A stretch of DNA of 64,000 bases, taken from Escherichia coli O127:H6 str. E2348/69. GTDB lineage: Bacteria > Pseudomonadota > Gammaproteobacteria > Enterobacterales > Enterobacteriaceae. This document shows positions 48,738 through 58,350 of this stretch, piece after piece. The notes beneath the pieces were generated by a model. That model was not told where the DNA came from. It saw only the letters and a program-made list of their open reading frames with translations, and searched no databases. How positions within the stretch are numbered: the first letter of the stretch is position 1; each line of letters begins with the position of its first letter. The position numbers were made by a program, and so were the translations under genes. The DNA lies in the NCBI RefSeq assembly GCF_000026545.1, contig NC_011601.1. One strand, given 5' to 3'.

Positions 48738-48913
48738 ACGTCCTGATTCAGACCTCCTTTCAAATGAATGCCCAACGCTTAATTCACACCTACACCTTTC
48801 TCTACACTTACATATTCGTTAAACCATATGTGTTTTTGACTTGTCCGCTTTGGTTTGTAACGCTGGTGGCGCTGGCGCTACACCTCTCTTTCACATCGTA
48901 ATGAGATACTGAT

Positions 48914-49339
48914 ATGAGCAACATTACCATTTATCACAACCCGGCCTGCGGTACGTCGCGTAATACGCTGGAGATGATCCGCAACAGCGGTACAGAACCG
49001 ACCATTATCTATTATCTGGAAACACCACCGACGCGCGATGAGCTGGTAAAACTCATTGCCGATATGGGGATTACCGTACGCGCGTTGCTGCGTAAAAACG
49101 TCGAGCCGTATGAGAAACTGGGCCTTGCAGAAGATAAATTTACTCACGATCAGTTAATCGACTTTATGCTTCAGCACCCGATTCTGATTAATCGCCCGAT
49201 TGTGGTGACGCCACAGGGAACTCGCCTGTGCCGCCCTTCAGAAGTCGTGCTGGAAATTCTGCCAGATGCGCAAAAAGGCGCGTTCACCAAGGAAGATGGC
49301 GAGAAAGTGGTTGATGAGGCGGGTAATCGCCTGAAATAA
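48914..49339 (+). CDS. arsC: arsenate reductase ArsC (glutaredoxin-coupled)
   Basis: 141 aa MSNITIYHNPACGTSRNTLEMIRNSG... with catalytic Cys in HNPACGTSR. Confidence 0.95.
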   Translation: MSNITIYHNPACGTSRNTLEMIRNSGTEPTIIYYLETPPTRDELVKLIADMGITVRALLRKNVEPYEKLGLAEDKFTHDQLIDFMLQHPILINRPIVVTPQGTRLCRPSEVVLEILPDAQKGAFTKEDGEKVVDEAGNRLK

Positions 49340-49387
49340 AGCGGCTATATTCCCCCACAGGTTGTTAGAAAAATGCGCTTTATTTAT

Positions 49388-49488
49388 GTCGGATGCGACG
49401 CTGGCGCGTTTTATCCGACCTACAAAGTTATGATAATTCGATGAATTGTATGTTATTTGTAGGCCTGACAGTCGTAGCGCATCAGGCG
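49388..49488. repeat. BIME (two REP units in inverted orientation)
   Basis: gtcggatgcgacgctggcgcgttttatccgacctaca ... gtaggcctgacagtcgtagcgcatcaggc. Confidence 0.75.
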
Positions 49489-49955
49489 ATTTTGCTATTT
49501 ACACAGTACTCCCTGCGTGAGATTCCAATTATCGCGTCCAGCATGGTGTATCAGTGAGCTGCTTAGTTATCAGCGATACAGTGCAGCAGTTTAAAGATGT
49601 ACTGGATTATGATCTATCAGTGGTTTACACAATAAATAATTTCAACATACGTTAACCTATTTTATTATTACATATCTAAAACATCACAAAAATATCACTT
49701 CACACACTATCAGAGAACATCATACCTTTTTAAAACGAGCATTTTCGATAGTTGTTAACGTTTTCTTTTGCGATATTATTATTGCCTTTTTTTGCACTCA
49801 AATATTACCAGATGGAAATAAAAGAGAAGTCAAAGGTAATTATATCAGGAAGATATGACGCATTATATTTACTGTATGTAGAAGAAAATCCATTCCTGTT
49901 CTAATTATCCAATTTAAAAATCTTAGCATAAAACAAATGATGAATAAGGAATGTT

Positions 49956-50340
49956 ATGTCAATTGACTTTACCCCAGGTGTAATAAATACATATAACGGT
50001 GATATTTATAACTGCACAACAAATACCGATAATGTTAAAACGCCAGACACACCGAAGTGGCCTTGTGATAACCGGGAAGAACAACACCCCATGAATGCCC
50101 CATTCTCTGGAGAATGGATACACCTCTGAACAATTTGATTTAGCGCAACAACGCCAACAAATTAATGCGTGCCATACGAACACCACATATACAAATGCAG
50201 ACTACTCAAAGTTGAGGCTCAACTTGTAAGTCTTATTAATAACATTGAAACGATAAGCTCGACACCACTTCCGCAAAAGACACAATCAATACTTAATCAG
50301 ATAAATAACATTAGACACGAAAAGATTAAAAACCTCTGAA
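49956..50340 (+). pseudogene. degenerate AT-rich coding remnant (possibly yhiS-like); frameshifted fragments
   Basis: 58-codon [46 protein letters not shown]... then protein-like reading ([35 protein letters not shown]) continues only in other frames with stops; low GC. Confidence 0.3.
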
Positions 50341-50522
50341 TATAGATTATGGAACAATGGATACTCATGCCACGCCCAAAAATTAACTGAGCTCAACTAA
50401 ACAGAAGAGATATAAACATCAGACAGGTTTACGTTACTATCAGGCATATCGCCTCAGAATCAGATGAAAACTATAAAGAAATATCTATTATGGTTTTAAT
50501 ATTTGTTGATAAGGATAGTAAC

Positions 50523-51089
50523 ATGAACATGACAAAAGGTGCACTCATCCTCAGCCTTTCATTTTTGCTTGCCGCATGTAGTTCAATTCCGCAAAATATC
50601 AAAGGCAATAACCAACCTGATATTCAAAAAAGTTTTGTTGCTGTTCATAACCAGCCGGGGTTATATGTTGGTCAACAAGCGCGCTTTGGCGGGAAGGTTA
50701 TCAACGTTATCAATGGCAAAACGGATACGTTGTTAGAAATCGCTGTATTACCGTTGGATAGCTATGCGAAGCCTGATATTGAAGCCAACTATCAGGGCCG
50801 ACTGCTCGCCAGACAAAGCGGCTTCCTTGATCCAGTGAACTATCGTAATCACTTTGTTACCATCCTCGGTACCATTCAGGGTGAACAACCTGGCTTTATC
50901 AATAAAGTCCCGTATAACTTCCTGGAAGTGAATATGCAGGGCATCCAGGTGTGGCATTTGAGAGAAGTGGTTAATACCACCTATAACTTGTGGGATTACG
51001 GCTATGGTGCATTCTGGCCGGAACCGGGCTGGGGGGCTCCTTACTACACCAATGCGGTGAGTCAGGTAACACCTGAGCTGGTCAAATAA
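50523..51089 (+). CDS. slp: outer membrane starvation lipoprotein Slp
   Basis: 188 aa from MNMTKGALILSLSFLLAACSS (lipobox LAAC). Confidence 0.94.
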   Translation: MNMTKGALILSLSFLLAACSSIPQNIKGNNQPDIQKSFVAVHNQPGLYVGQQARFGGKVINVINGKTDTLLEIAVLPLDSYAKPDIEANYQGRLLARQSGFLDPVNYRNHFVTILGTIQGEQPGFINKVPYNFLEVNMQGIQVWHLREVVNTTYNLWDYGYGAFWPEPGWGAPYYTNAVSQVTPELVK

Positions 51090-51241
51090 CACCACCGAAA
51101 GATGCAGATGCTTTCTCAGTATCTGCATCATGCATTACATCAAATTAATACACAGTAAGCTAACTATTATTATAAGCCCTGTCCTGTTAATTACCTTTGG
51201 CAAACTTATTATAAAGTTAATGTACGTACCAGGAGTCGGTT

Positions 51242-51772
51242 ATGTTTCTTATAATTACCAGGGATACGATGTTTTTCACCGCGATGAAAAACATTCTGAG
51301 TAAAGGTAATGTCGTTCATATACAGAACGAAGAAGAGATCGACGTAATGTTGCATCAGAATGCCTTCGTCATTATTGATACATTAATGAATAATGTATTT
51401 CATTCTAATTTTCTCACTCAAATTGAACGATTAAAACCTGTCCATGTAATTATTTTCTCCCCCTTTAATATTAAACGCTGCCTGGGGAAAGTACCGGTGA
51501 CCTTTGTTCCGCGAACTATCGCCATCATCGATTTTGTCGCACTCATCAATGGCAGTTACTGCTCTGTGCCTGAAGCGGATGTGTCCCTCTCGCGCAAGCA
51601 GCATCAGGTTCTGAGCTGCATTGCGAATCAAATGACAACGGAAGATATTCTGGAGAAACTGAAAATATCGCTAAAAACGTTCTACTGCCATAAACACAAT
51701 ATCATGATGATCCTCAATCTTAAGCGGATCAATGAGCTGGTACGCCATCAGCATATTAATTATCTGGTGTGA
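51242..51772 (+). CDS. dctR: LuxR-family regulator DctR (YhiF)
   Basis: 176 aa MFLIITRDTMFFTAMKNILSKG...; C-terminal HTH (LSRKQHQVLSCIANQMTTEDILEKL). Confidence 0.92.
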   Translation: MFLIITRDTMFFTAMKNILSKGNVVHIQNEEEIDVMLHQNAFVIIDTLMNNVFHSNFLTQIERLKPVHVIIFSPFNIKRCLGKVPVTFVPRTIAIIDFVALINGSYCSVPEADVSLSRKQHQVLSCIANQMTTEDILEKLKISLKTFYCHKHNIMMILNLKRINELVRHQHINYLV

Positions 51773-51828
51773 ACGATTGAACAATATAAAGAGGCCCAGC
51801 AACAGCCAGACCTCCCGTTAATTATACG

Positions 51829-52857
51829 TTATGCAGTAACGCCTTCCGGTATCAACGAAGCAATTTGCTTACGCCATTGCGCTTGCTCCTGTTCACCTTC
51901 TGTACGTTGACCATAAAGTTGCGCTATCTGCGTACCATCATGGGCAAACAATTCCAGACTGGTTACGTGACCATCGCTGGTCGGTTTACGGGTAACCCAG
52001 GCTTCAGCAATGCTCTCTTCTAATAGATGAAGGGTAAACGTCGGGTTGAAAATATTCAGCCAACCTTTCATTGGCACCACTTTTTCTACCACACCGGTGA
52101 AAATCTGTACGCAGCCACGGTTGCCAACAAACACCATGATTTCATTGCCATCCTGCTGTGCAGATTCAAGAATTTGCGCCAACGCACTGTTGGATACTTT
52201 GCAGGCCAAATCGTCTGCCACCAGATTGAACGCCTGTTGGCGCGTCAGGTTGTGGCGCTTGAGCAACGTAAAAAACTGATGAACGTCGGTCATCGCCCGC
52301 CACTCTTGCTCGACCACACTGGCATCGGCTCGCGTTTGAACAACTGGCGCATCAACGGCTTTTAACTCAAGCGGCGTATTCTCATCGGTGATAAACCGTG
52401 CCAGAAGCTCACTCCATGCCGCCATATCGGTATTGTCGGTGGCATAAACTTTTAGTAATGCATCGCCCTGATGATCAAAGAACTGAATACTCTGGCGTTC
52501 GCCACGAGCCGTGTTTTCTTTGATGTGGAAAACACTGGCCCATTGATTGAGAAACAGACGTAAATCCAGCGCGCGCGGATTGAGGATCAATCCGGCATGT
52601 CCGTTCAAATGCTGGTTTGTGAACGAGCCAACTTGCTCATGGACTGCATATTCATTACGACAAATACATTTGGTTTCACCAACGCTTTCCAGCGCCGCCA
52701 GAATTTCACGAATATCGCCGCGCATCCGCCACGCGTCGTGCGTGACGCGTGCAAATGCCAGTTCTGCTTCGCTGATATTCATTAAACCTGCGATGTCACG
52801 CGCGTACTTTCCGGGATTTTGTTCTTTTAACTCAAGCCAGCGTGTGTAGTGGTTCAT
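51829..52857 (-). CDS. chuS: haem oxygenase / haem degrading protein ChuS
   Basis: 342 aa MNHYTRWLELKEQNPGKYARDIAGLMNISEAELAFARVTHDAW...; downstream of chuA on the same strand. Confidence 0.93.
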   Translation of the reverse strand: MNHYTRWLELKEQNPGKYARDIAGLMNISEAELAFARVTHDAWRMRGDIREILAALESVGETKCICRNEYAVHEQVGSFTNQHLNGHAGLILNPRALDLRLFLNQWASVFHIKENTARGERQSIQFFDHQGDALLKVYATDNTDMAAWSELLARFITDENTPLELKAVDAPVVQTRADASVVEQEWRAMTDVHQFFTLLKRHNLTRQQAFNLVADDLACKVSNSALAQILESAQQDGNEIMVFVGNRGCVQIFTGVVEKVVPMKGWLNIFNPTFTLHLLEESIAEAWVTRKPTSDGHVTSLELFAHDGTQIAQLYGQRTEGEQEQAQWRKQIASLIPEGVTA

Positions 52858-52905
52858 TGTCTCTCTTCCTTCCAGATAAATGCCCCGAAATATCGGGGCA
52901 GATGA

Positions 52906-54888
52906 TTACCATTGATAACTCACGAAAATTTTTCCGTTACGACCATCCTGTGGGATGCCTTGCGGCGACCAGTACTCTTTATCGAAGGCGTTGCCCAATA
53001 CCAGAGTAGTGGTCATGCCTTTGAGCGCCTGCTGCCCTTGATAACTGACGTAGAAATCATTCACACCATAGCCAGGTTGTTTGCTGTAGCTGCTGCTGAT
53101 ATGTGTTGAGCGATCGGCAAACGTACCGACCCAACCAACAGAGAAGCCACTGTGAGCGATCGGAATATTCAGGGTACTGGTAACGGTATCCGGGTTAATG
53201 CTGGAGATATATTCCCCGGTATCGGTGTCTTTGCCGCGGGTACGGTTATAGGCCACATCAAGGCTAAACAGATCAGTGGTATATTTCGTCATCACATCCC
53301 AGCCCCAGATTTTGGCGTTCGGGACGTTATACGACATAGTTGTCGCCGCCGCGAAATCGACGGTCGTGGAGATATAATCTTTCGCTTTGGTATCAAAGTA
53401 GCTGGCTTTAAATTCCAGAGCATCATTGGACAACATCAGGTCATCAAAACGCAGCCCAAAACCGTACTCCTGAGTTTCGTTAGTTTCCGGACGTAAGTTC
53501 GGGTTTGGCACCCAATAGTTGGTATAGAAGCGACCAATCGAGAAGTGTTTAGAATCGTTATACATTTCGCCCATCGTCGGGGCGCGGAATGCCTGAGCAT
53601 ATGAGCCAAATAACATCAGCCAGTTGGTCGGGTTGATAGTCATCCCCGCACGAGATGACCATTTGTCGGCATCAACATCTTTGTAGCCGTCGCTGCTACC
53701 GCGATAACTGTCATAGCGGGTTCCGCCAAGCAGGGTAATCGGCAGATCGCGTAAGGTGATCTCATCTTGTAGCCAGCCAGAGCTAAAATCGATTTTTGCT
53801 TGCGGGAAGCCCGTCGTCGCGCCACCCGGATGTTGTTCCTGACGATAATACTCACCGCCATATGTCAGTAAGTGAGAAGCGAAACTGTCGGCAAATAGAG
53901 TGGAACGGTTCTCCAGCCTTGCTCCTTTTGTTATCTGTTCACGATACTCGCCTGAACTCCCCGTGTTTTGCGCATTAATACGGACTTCCGACCAGTAAAT
54001 TTTTGCATCTGCATTTAACCAGTCGTTACCCTGCGGGGCGAGTTTATAAGAAAGCTGCGCATCGCGTTGAATTGTTGAACGATCGACCATCGGGTTGCTG
54101 CTATCAGAAGCTTCAACGGTCTGCGGATTTTTTGGTTCACGCGCGTCGTTGTTGTAGTAACGCACTAAACCGCTCAGAGACTGGGCTGAATCAATTTGCC
54201 AGGTCCCTTTCGCCAGCATGTTATTAATGGACTCGTCATTCGGCGCGGTTTCACCATTGCTCTGGCGTAAATCACCCCGATCGCGACTGGACCAGGCCAC
54301 AATACCATCCAGATTTTCAGTTCGCCCAAACGCGCTCGCGCCTAATCCCAGGCTATGGTCCCCCGTGCCGCCAGTACCAAAGACACTAAAACCACTACTT
54401 TGTCCTTCCTGCAATAAATCTTTTGCATCGACCGTATCGTAGGAGATCACCCCACCCAGCGCGCCACTGCCATACAGTAATGCTGAAGGTCCGCGAACAA
54501 TCTCAACACGCTTGATCAGCGCCGGATCAAGAAAAGTACCATTCAGGTGTCCGGTATCCGTTCCCTGGCGAACACCATCGACAAGAACCAGCACGCCGCG
54601 ATGATCATAGCCACGCATATTTACATCCTGACCGTTGGTTCGTCCGGTACCATCAAGAGTAATTCCAGGAACATGACGCAGCAAATCAGTGGCTGAAGTA
54701 GCCGTTTGATTTTCAGGAGCGGAAGTGTCGATAACGCTGACCATCATAGGCGCTTCGAAGGAACTACGTGCATTCCCCGTTGCCGTAACGGTCATGGTTT
54801 CAGTAGCAAAAGCAAACGTTGGCAAGGTGGCAGAAACAGCCAAAGCCAACAAACTCAAACGCAACGAGGTAAATTGCGGACGTGACAT
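52906..54888 (-). CDS. chuA: TonB-dependent outer membrane haem/haemoglobin receptor ChuA
   Basis: 660 aa; signal peptide MSRPQFTSLRLSLLALAVSATLPTFAFA, TonB-box-like ETMTVTA, C-terminal ...KIFVSYQW terminal aromatic. Confidence 0.95.
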   Translation of the reverse strand: MSRPQFTSLRLSLLALAVSATLPTFAFATETMTVTATGNARSSFEAPMMVSVIDTSAPENQTATSATDLLRHVPGITLDGTGRTNGQDVNMRGYDHRGVLVLVDGVRQGTDTGHLNGTFLDPALIKRVEIVRGPSALLYGSGALGGVISYDTVDAKDLLQEGQSSGFSVFGTGGTGDHSLGLGASAFGRTENLDGIVAWSSRDRGDLRQSNGETAPNDESINNMLAKGTWQIDSAQSLSGLVRYYNNDAREPKNPQTVEASDSSNPMVDRSTIQRDAQLSYKLAPQGNDWLNADAKIYWSEVRINAQNTGSSGEYREQITKGARLENRSTLFADSFASHLLTYGGEYYRQEQHPGGATTGFPQAKIDFSSGWLQDEITLRDLPITLLGGTRYDSYRGSSDGYKDVDADKWSSRAGMTINPTNWLMLFGSYAQAFRAPTMGEMYNDSKHFSIGRFYTNYWVPNPNLRPETNETQEYGFGLRFDDLMLSNDALEFKASYFDTKAKDYISTTVDFAAATTMSYNVPNAKIWGWDVMTKYTTDLFSLDVAYNRTRGKDTDTGEYISSINPDTVTSTLNIPIAHSGFSVGWVGTFADRSTHISSSYSKQPGYGVNDFYVSYQGQQALKGMTTTLVLGNAFDKEYWSPQGIPQDGRNGKIFVSYQW

Positions 54889-55178
54889 AGCGATTCTCCA
54901 TGAGGAAAATAAAAAATGCTGGCTGCCTGGGTTAATACCGGGGTGGCTGGCGAAAAATAAATTTATTTACAATTCAAATGATTAGATATCACCACGGGAA
55001 GCTATTAGCGTATATATCCCGTAAAATTGCCGAATATTTCTGATAATTCAGCAAAAGCACGCCCTCTTTGTCAGGCAAAGTAGTACGCCACGTCTGAAGT
55101 GAAGAGTGCTGTGCGTTTTCCCTTACAAAAGATATGATTTTGTTATCCATGATGTCATATTTTGTTAAACTCAAACGT

Positions 55179-55197
55179 GATAATGAGAATTATTATC
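55179..55197. promoter_or_regulatory. Fur box upstream of chuA
   Basis: gataatgagaattattatc versus Fur consensus GATAATGATAATCATTATC; about 290 bp upstream of the chuA ATG, implying a long 5' leader. Confidence 0.7.
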
Positions 55198-55529
55198 GAT
55201 CAATTTTTTATGATCAAGCTTTTTTTAACCGCCATTAACGCAATAAACAGGGGGTTATGAAATCTATCCAGCATCCAGAAAACCATCCTGTGTTTATGGC
55301 TATCCCCCCACAACCTCATCACAAAACGTTGTCGTTAACAGTGATAATTTTCTCTTCTCTTTGCTCTGCAAGCCGCGATATCTCCGGGTTCTCAGCTTTT
55401 TCCCGCGCTGAAATTTAATCGGTAACAAGAACATTAGCTGACGAAGCATCTTGATAAAAATCAAAAATAAATACGCTTGTAACGCCGTGCGTATTGAATC
55501 GACGGTTGTATTTCATATATAACTCAAAT

Positions 55530-55548
55530 GATAATCATAATCATTCTC
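55530..55548. promoter_or_regulatory. Fur box upstream of chuT
   Basis: gataatcataatcattctc, near-consensus Fur box, about 105 bp upstream of the chuT ATG. Confidence 0.7.
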
Positions 55549-55652
55549 AATTTGATAAGAGTTCTCACATTATGCCAAGGATCATCACCAGGCCGTTTCT
55601 TTTTTCCCCACTAACGTTATGTATTTCAGCCGTGGCCTCTGCCGCGAAGACC

Positions 55653-56486
55653 ATGGTAAAACGAAAAAAATTGTTTACGGCATTACTGGCTTTTAGCTGG
55701 ACTTTTAGCGTAACGGCTGCCGAACGTATCGTGGTCGCAGGAGGATCGCTGACGGAGCTAATCTACGCGATGGGCGCTGGCAAACGCGTGGTTGGTGTCG
55801 ATGAAACGACATCTTATCCACCAGAAACCGCCAAACTGCCGCATATTGGTTACTGGAAACAACTCAGCAGCGAAGGCATTTTGTCACTTCGCCCGGATAG
55901 CGTAATTACCTGGCAGGATGCAGGACCGCAAATTGTGCTCGACCAACTGCGGGCGCAAAAAGTCAACGTCGTCACTCTGCCGCGTGTACCAGCCACCCTT
56001 GAGCAGATGTACGCCAACATTCGCCAACTGGCAAAAACGTTACAGGTTCCTGAACAAGGCGAGGCGCTGGTGACACAGATCAACCAACGCCTGGAGCGAG
56101 TACAGCAAAACGTGACGGCCAAAAAAGCCCCGGTTAAAGCCATGTTTATTCTCTCCGCAGGCGGAAGTGCGCCACAGGTTGCCGGTAAAGGCAGCGTCGC
56201 GGACGCCATTCTTTCGCTTGCCGGAGCAGAAAACGTCGCTACCCACCAGCAGTACAAAAGCTACAGCGCGGAATCGCTGATTGCGGCTAACCCTGAAGTG
56301 ATTGTCGTCACCTCACAAATGGTCGATGGCGATATTAATCGGCTACGTTCTATTGCCGGAATTACCCACACTGCCGCCTGGAAAAACCAGCGCATTATCA
56401 CCGTTGATCAAAACCTGATTCTGGGAATGGGTCCGCGTATTGCTGATGTCGTTGAGTCTTTACACCAGCAGCTTTGGCCGCAATAA
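55653..56486 (+). CDS. chuT: periplasmic haem-binding protein ChuT (ABC transporter substrate-binding)
   Basis: About 277 aa from MVKRKKLFTALLAFSWTFSVTAAERIVVAGGSL (signal peptide); ORF track shows a longer in-frame extension from 55494, which cannot be excluded. Confidence 0.85.
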   Translation: MVKRKKLFTALLAFSWTFSVTAAERIVVAGGSLTELIYAMGAGKRVVGVDETTSYPPETAKLPHIGYWKQLSSEGILSLRPDSVITWQDAGPQIVLDQLRAQKVNVVTLPRVPATLEQMYANIRQLAKTLQVPEQGEALVTQINQRLERVQQNVTAKKAPVKAMFILSAGGSAPQVAGKGSVADAILSLAGAENVATHQQYKSYSAESLIAANPEVIVVTSQMVDGDINRLRSIAGITHTAAWKNQRIITVDQNLILGMGPRIADVVESLHQQLWPQ

Positions 56487-56505
56487 ATGGATTTAAATCA
56501 GACGA

Positions 56506-57843
56506 ATGAACACAAATAACACCCTGGATCTCACGCCACATTTTGCTTTAGACGGTGATCAGCCATTTAAAGACAGGCGCGCCATGATGCCGTTTCGTGG
56601 GGCCATTCCGGTTGCCAAAGAGCAACTGGCACAGACCTGGCAAGAGATGATCAATCAAACGGTATCACCACGTAAGCGACTGGTTTACCTACACATTCCT
56701 TTTTGTGCGACACACTGCACGTTTTGTGGTTTTTATCAGAACCGTTTTAATGAAGATGCGTGTGCTCATTATACCGACGCCCTGATTCGTGAAATAGAAC
56801 TGGAAGCAGACAGCGTATTGCATCAGTCTGCCCCCATCCACGCGGTCTATTTCGGTGGCGGTACGCCTTCCGCGCTTTCAGCACACGATTTGGCCAGAAT
56901 CATCACCACATTACGAGAAAAGCTGCCACTGGCCCCTGATTGTGAAATCACTATTGAAGGCCGGGTACTGAATTTTGACGCTGAGCGAATCGATGCTTGC
57001 CTTGATGCAGGAGCAAACCGCTTCTCAATTGGTATTCAGTCGTTTAACAGCAAAATCCGCAAGAAAATGGCCCGCACCTCGGATGGCCCAACCGCTATTG
57101 CGTTTATGGAAAGCCTGGTCAAACGCGATCGTGCCGCGGTGGTCTGTGACCTGCTGTTTGGTCTGCCGGGTCAGGATGCGCAAACCTGGGGAGAAGATCT
57201 GGCTATTGCCCGCGATATCGGTCTCGACGGCGTCGATCTCTATGCGCTCAATGTCCTGCCCAATACACCGCTGGGCAAAGCCGTGGAAAATGGGCGTACT
57301 ACCGTGCCCTCTCCGGCAGAACGTCGCGATCTTTACCTGCAAGGGTGTGATTTTATGGACGATGCCGGTTGGCGCTGCATCAGTAACAGCCACTGGGGCC
57401 GTACCACACGCGAACGCAATCTCTATAACCTGCTGATTAAACAAGGTGCCGATTGTCTGGCCTTTGGTTCCGGAGCCGGCGGTTCGATTAATGGTTACTC
57501 CTGGATGAACGAACGCAATCTTCAGACCTGGCATGAATCCGTCGCAGCAGGCAAAAAACCGCTGATGATGATCATGCGTAACGCCGAACGTAACGCGCAG
57601 TGGCGTCATACCTTGCAGTCGGGCATTGAAACGGCGCGTGTACCGCTGGACGAACTTACGCCACATGCCGAAAAACTCGCGCCGTTACTGGCCCAGTGGC
57701 ACCAAAAAGGCTTAAGCCGCGATGCGTCAACGTGTCTGCGGTTGACCAATGAAGGTCGTTTCTGGGCAAGCAACATTTTGCAGTCTCTTAATGAACTGAT
57801 TCAGGTACTTAATGCGCCAGCAATTGCGCTTGAAAAACCATAA
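56506..57843 (+). CDS. chuW: radical SAM anaerobilin synthase ChuW (HemN-like)
   Basis: 445 aa; radical SAM CxxxCxxC motif (FCATHCTFCGF). Confidence 0.92.
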   Translation: MNTNNTLDLTPHFALDGDQPFKDRRAMMPFRGAIPVAKEQLAQTWQEMINQTVSPRKRLVYLHIPFCATHCTFCGFYQNRFNEDACAHYTDALIREIELEADSVLHQSAPIHAVYFGGGTPSALSAHDLARIITTLREKLPLAPDCEITIEGRVLNFDAERIDACLDAGANRFSIGIQSFNSKIRKKMARTSDGPTAIAFMESLVKRDRAAVVCDLLFGLPGQDAQTWGEDLAIARDIGLDGVDLYALNVLPNTPLGKAVENGRTTVPSPAERRDLYLQGCDFMDDAGWRCISNSHWGRTTRERNLYNLLIKQGADCLAFGSGAGGSINGYSWMNERNLQTWHESVAAGKKPLMMIMRNAERNAQWRHTLQSGIETARVPLDELTPHAEKLAPLLAQWHQKGLSRDASTCLRLTNEGRFWASNILQSLNELIQVLNAPAIALEKP

Positions 57844-57855
57844 CAGGAGTGATTT

Positions 57856-58350
57856 ATGAGCCATGTCTCGTTACAGGAATTTTTGAAAACGGAGCCAGAC
57901 GGTACGCTGGAGGCGATCGCCGAACAATACAACACCACGCTGCTGGAGGTAGTGAAAAATCTGCCCTCTCCGACTGTTGTGCCAGGTGATAAATTCGATA
58001 CTGTCTGGGATACCGTCTGCGAATGGGGCAACGTCACCACGTTAGTACATACTACCGATATAATACTCGAATTTAGCGGCGAACTGCCTTCGGGTTTCCA
58101 TCGCCACGGCTATTTCAACCTACGCGGAAAGCACGGCATGTCCGGGCATATCAAAGCAGAAAACTGCACGCATATTGCCTTGATCGAACGTAAATTTATG
58201 GGCATGGACACCGCCTCTATTCTCTTTTTCAATAAGGAAGGCAGCGCAATGCTGAAAATCTTCCTCGGTAGGGATGATCATCGTCAGCTCCTGAGCGAAC
58301 AAGTCAGCGCCTTCCATGCTCTGGCAGCATCGTTAAAGGAACACGCCTGA
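57856..58350 (+). CDS. chuX: haem-binding protein ChuX
   Basis: 164 aa MSHVSLQEFLKTEPDGTLEAIAEQYNTTLLEVV...; chu operon position. Confidence 0.9.
   Translation: MSHVSLQEFLKTEPDGTLEAIAEQYNTTLLEVVKNLPSPTVVPGDKFDTVWDTVCEWGNVTTLVHTTDIILEFSGELPSGFHRHGYFNLRGKHGMSGHIKAENCTHIALIERKFMGMDTASILFFNKEGSAMLKIFLGRDDHRQLLSEQVSAFHALAASLKEHA

Noticed and set aside
49959-50186. 75-aa minus-strand ORF in the arsC-slp AT-rich region
   Set aside because: Cys/Ile-rich nonsense translation opposite the degenerate plus-strand remnant; likely chance ORF in AT-rich DNA
55494-55652. Upstream extension of chuT (MNRRLYFIYNSND...)
   Set aside because: Would start before the Fur box and promoter and lacks a signal-peptide-like N-terminus; the ATG at 55653 gives a canonical signal peptide. 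Kept as an alternative at low probability
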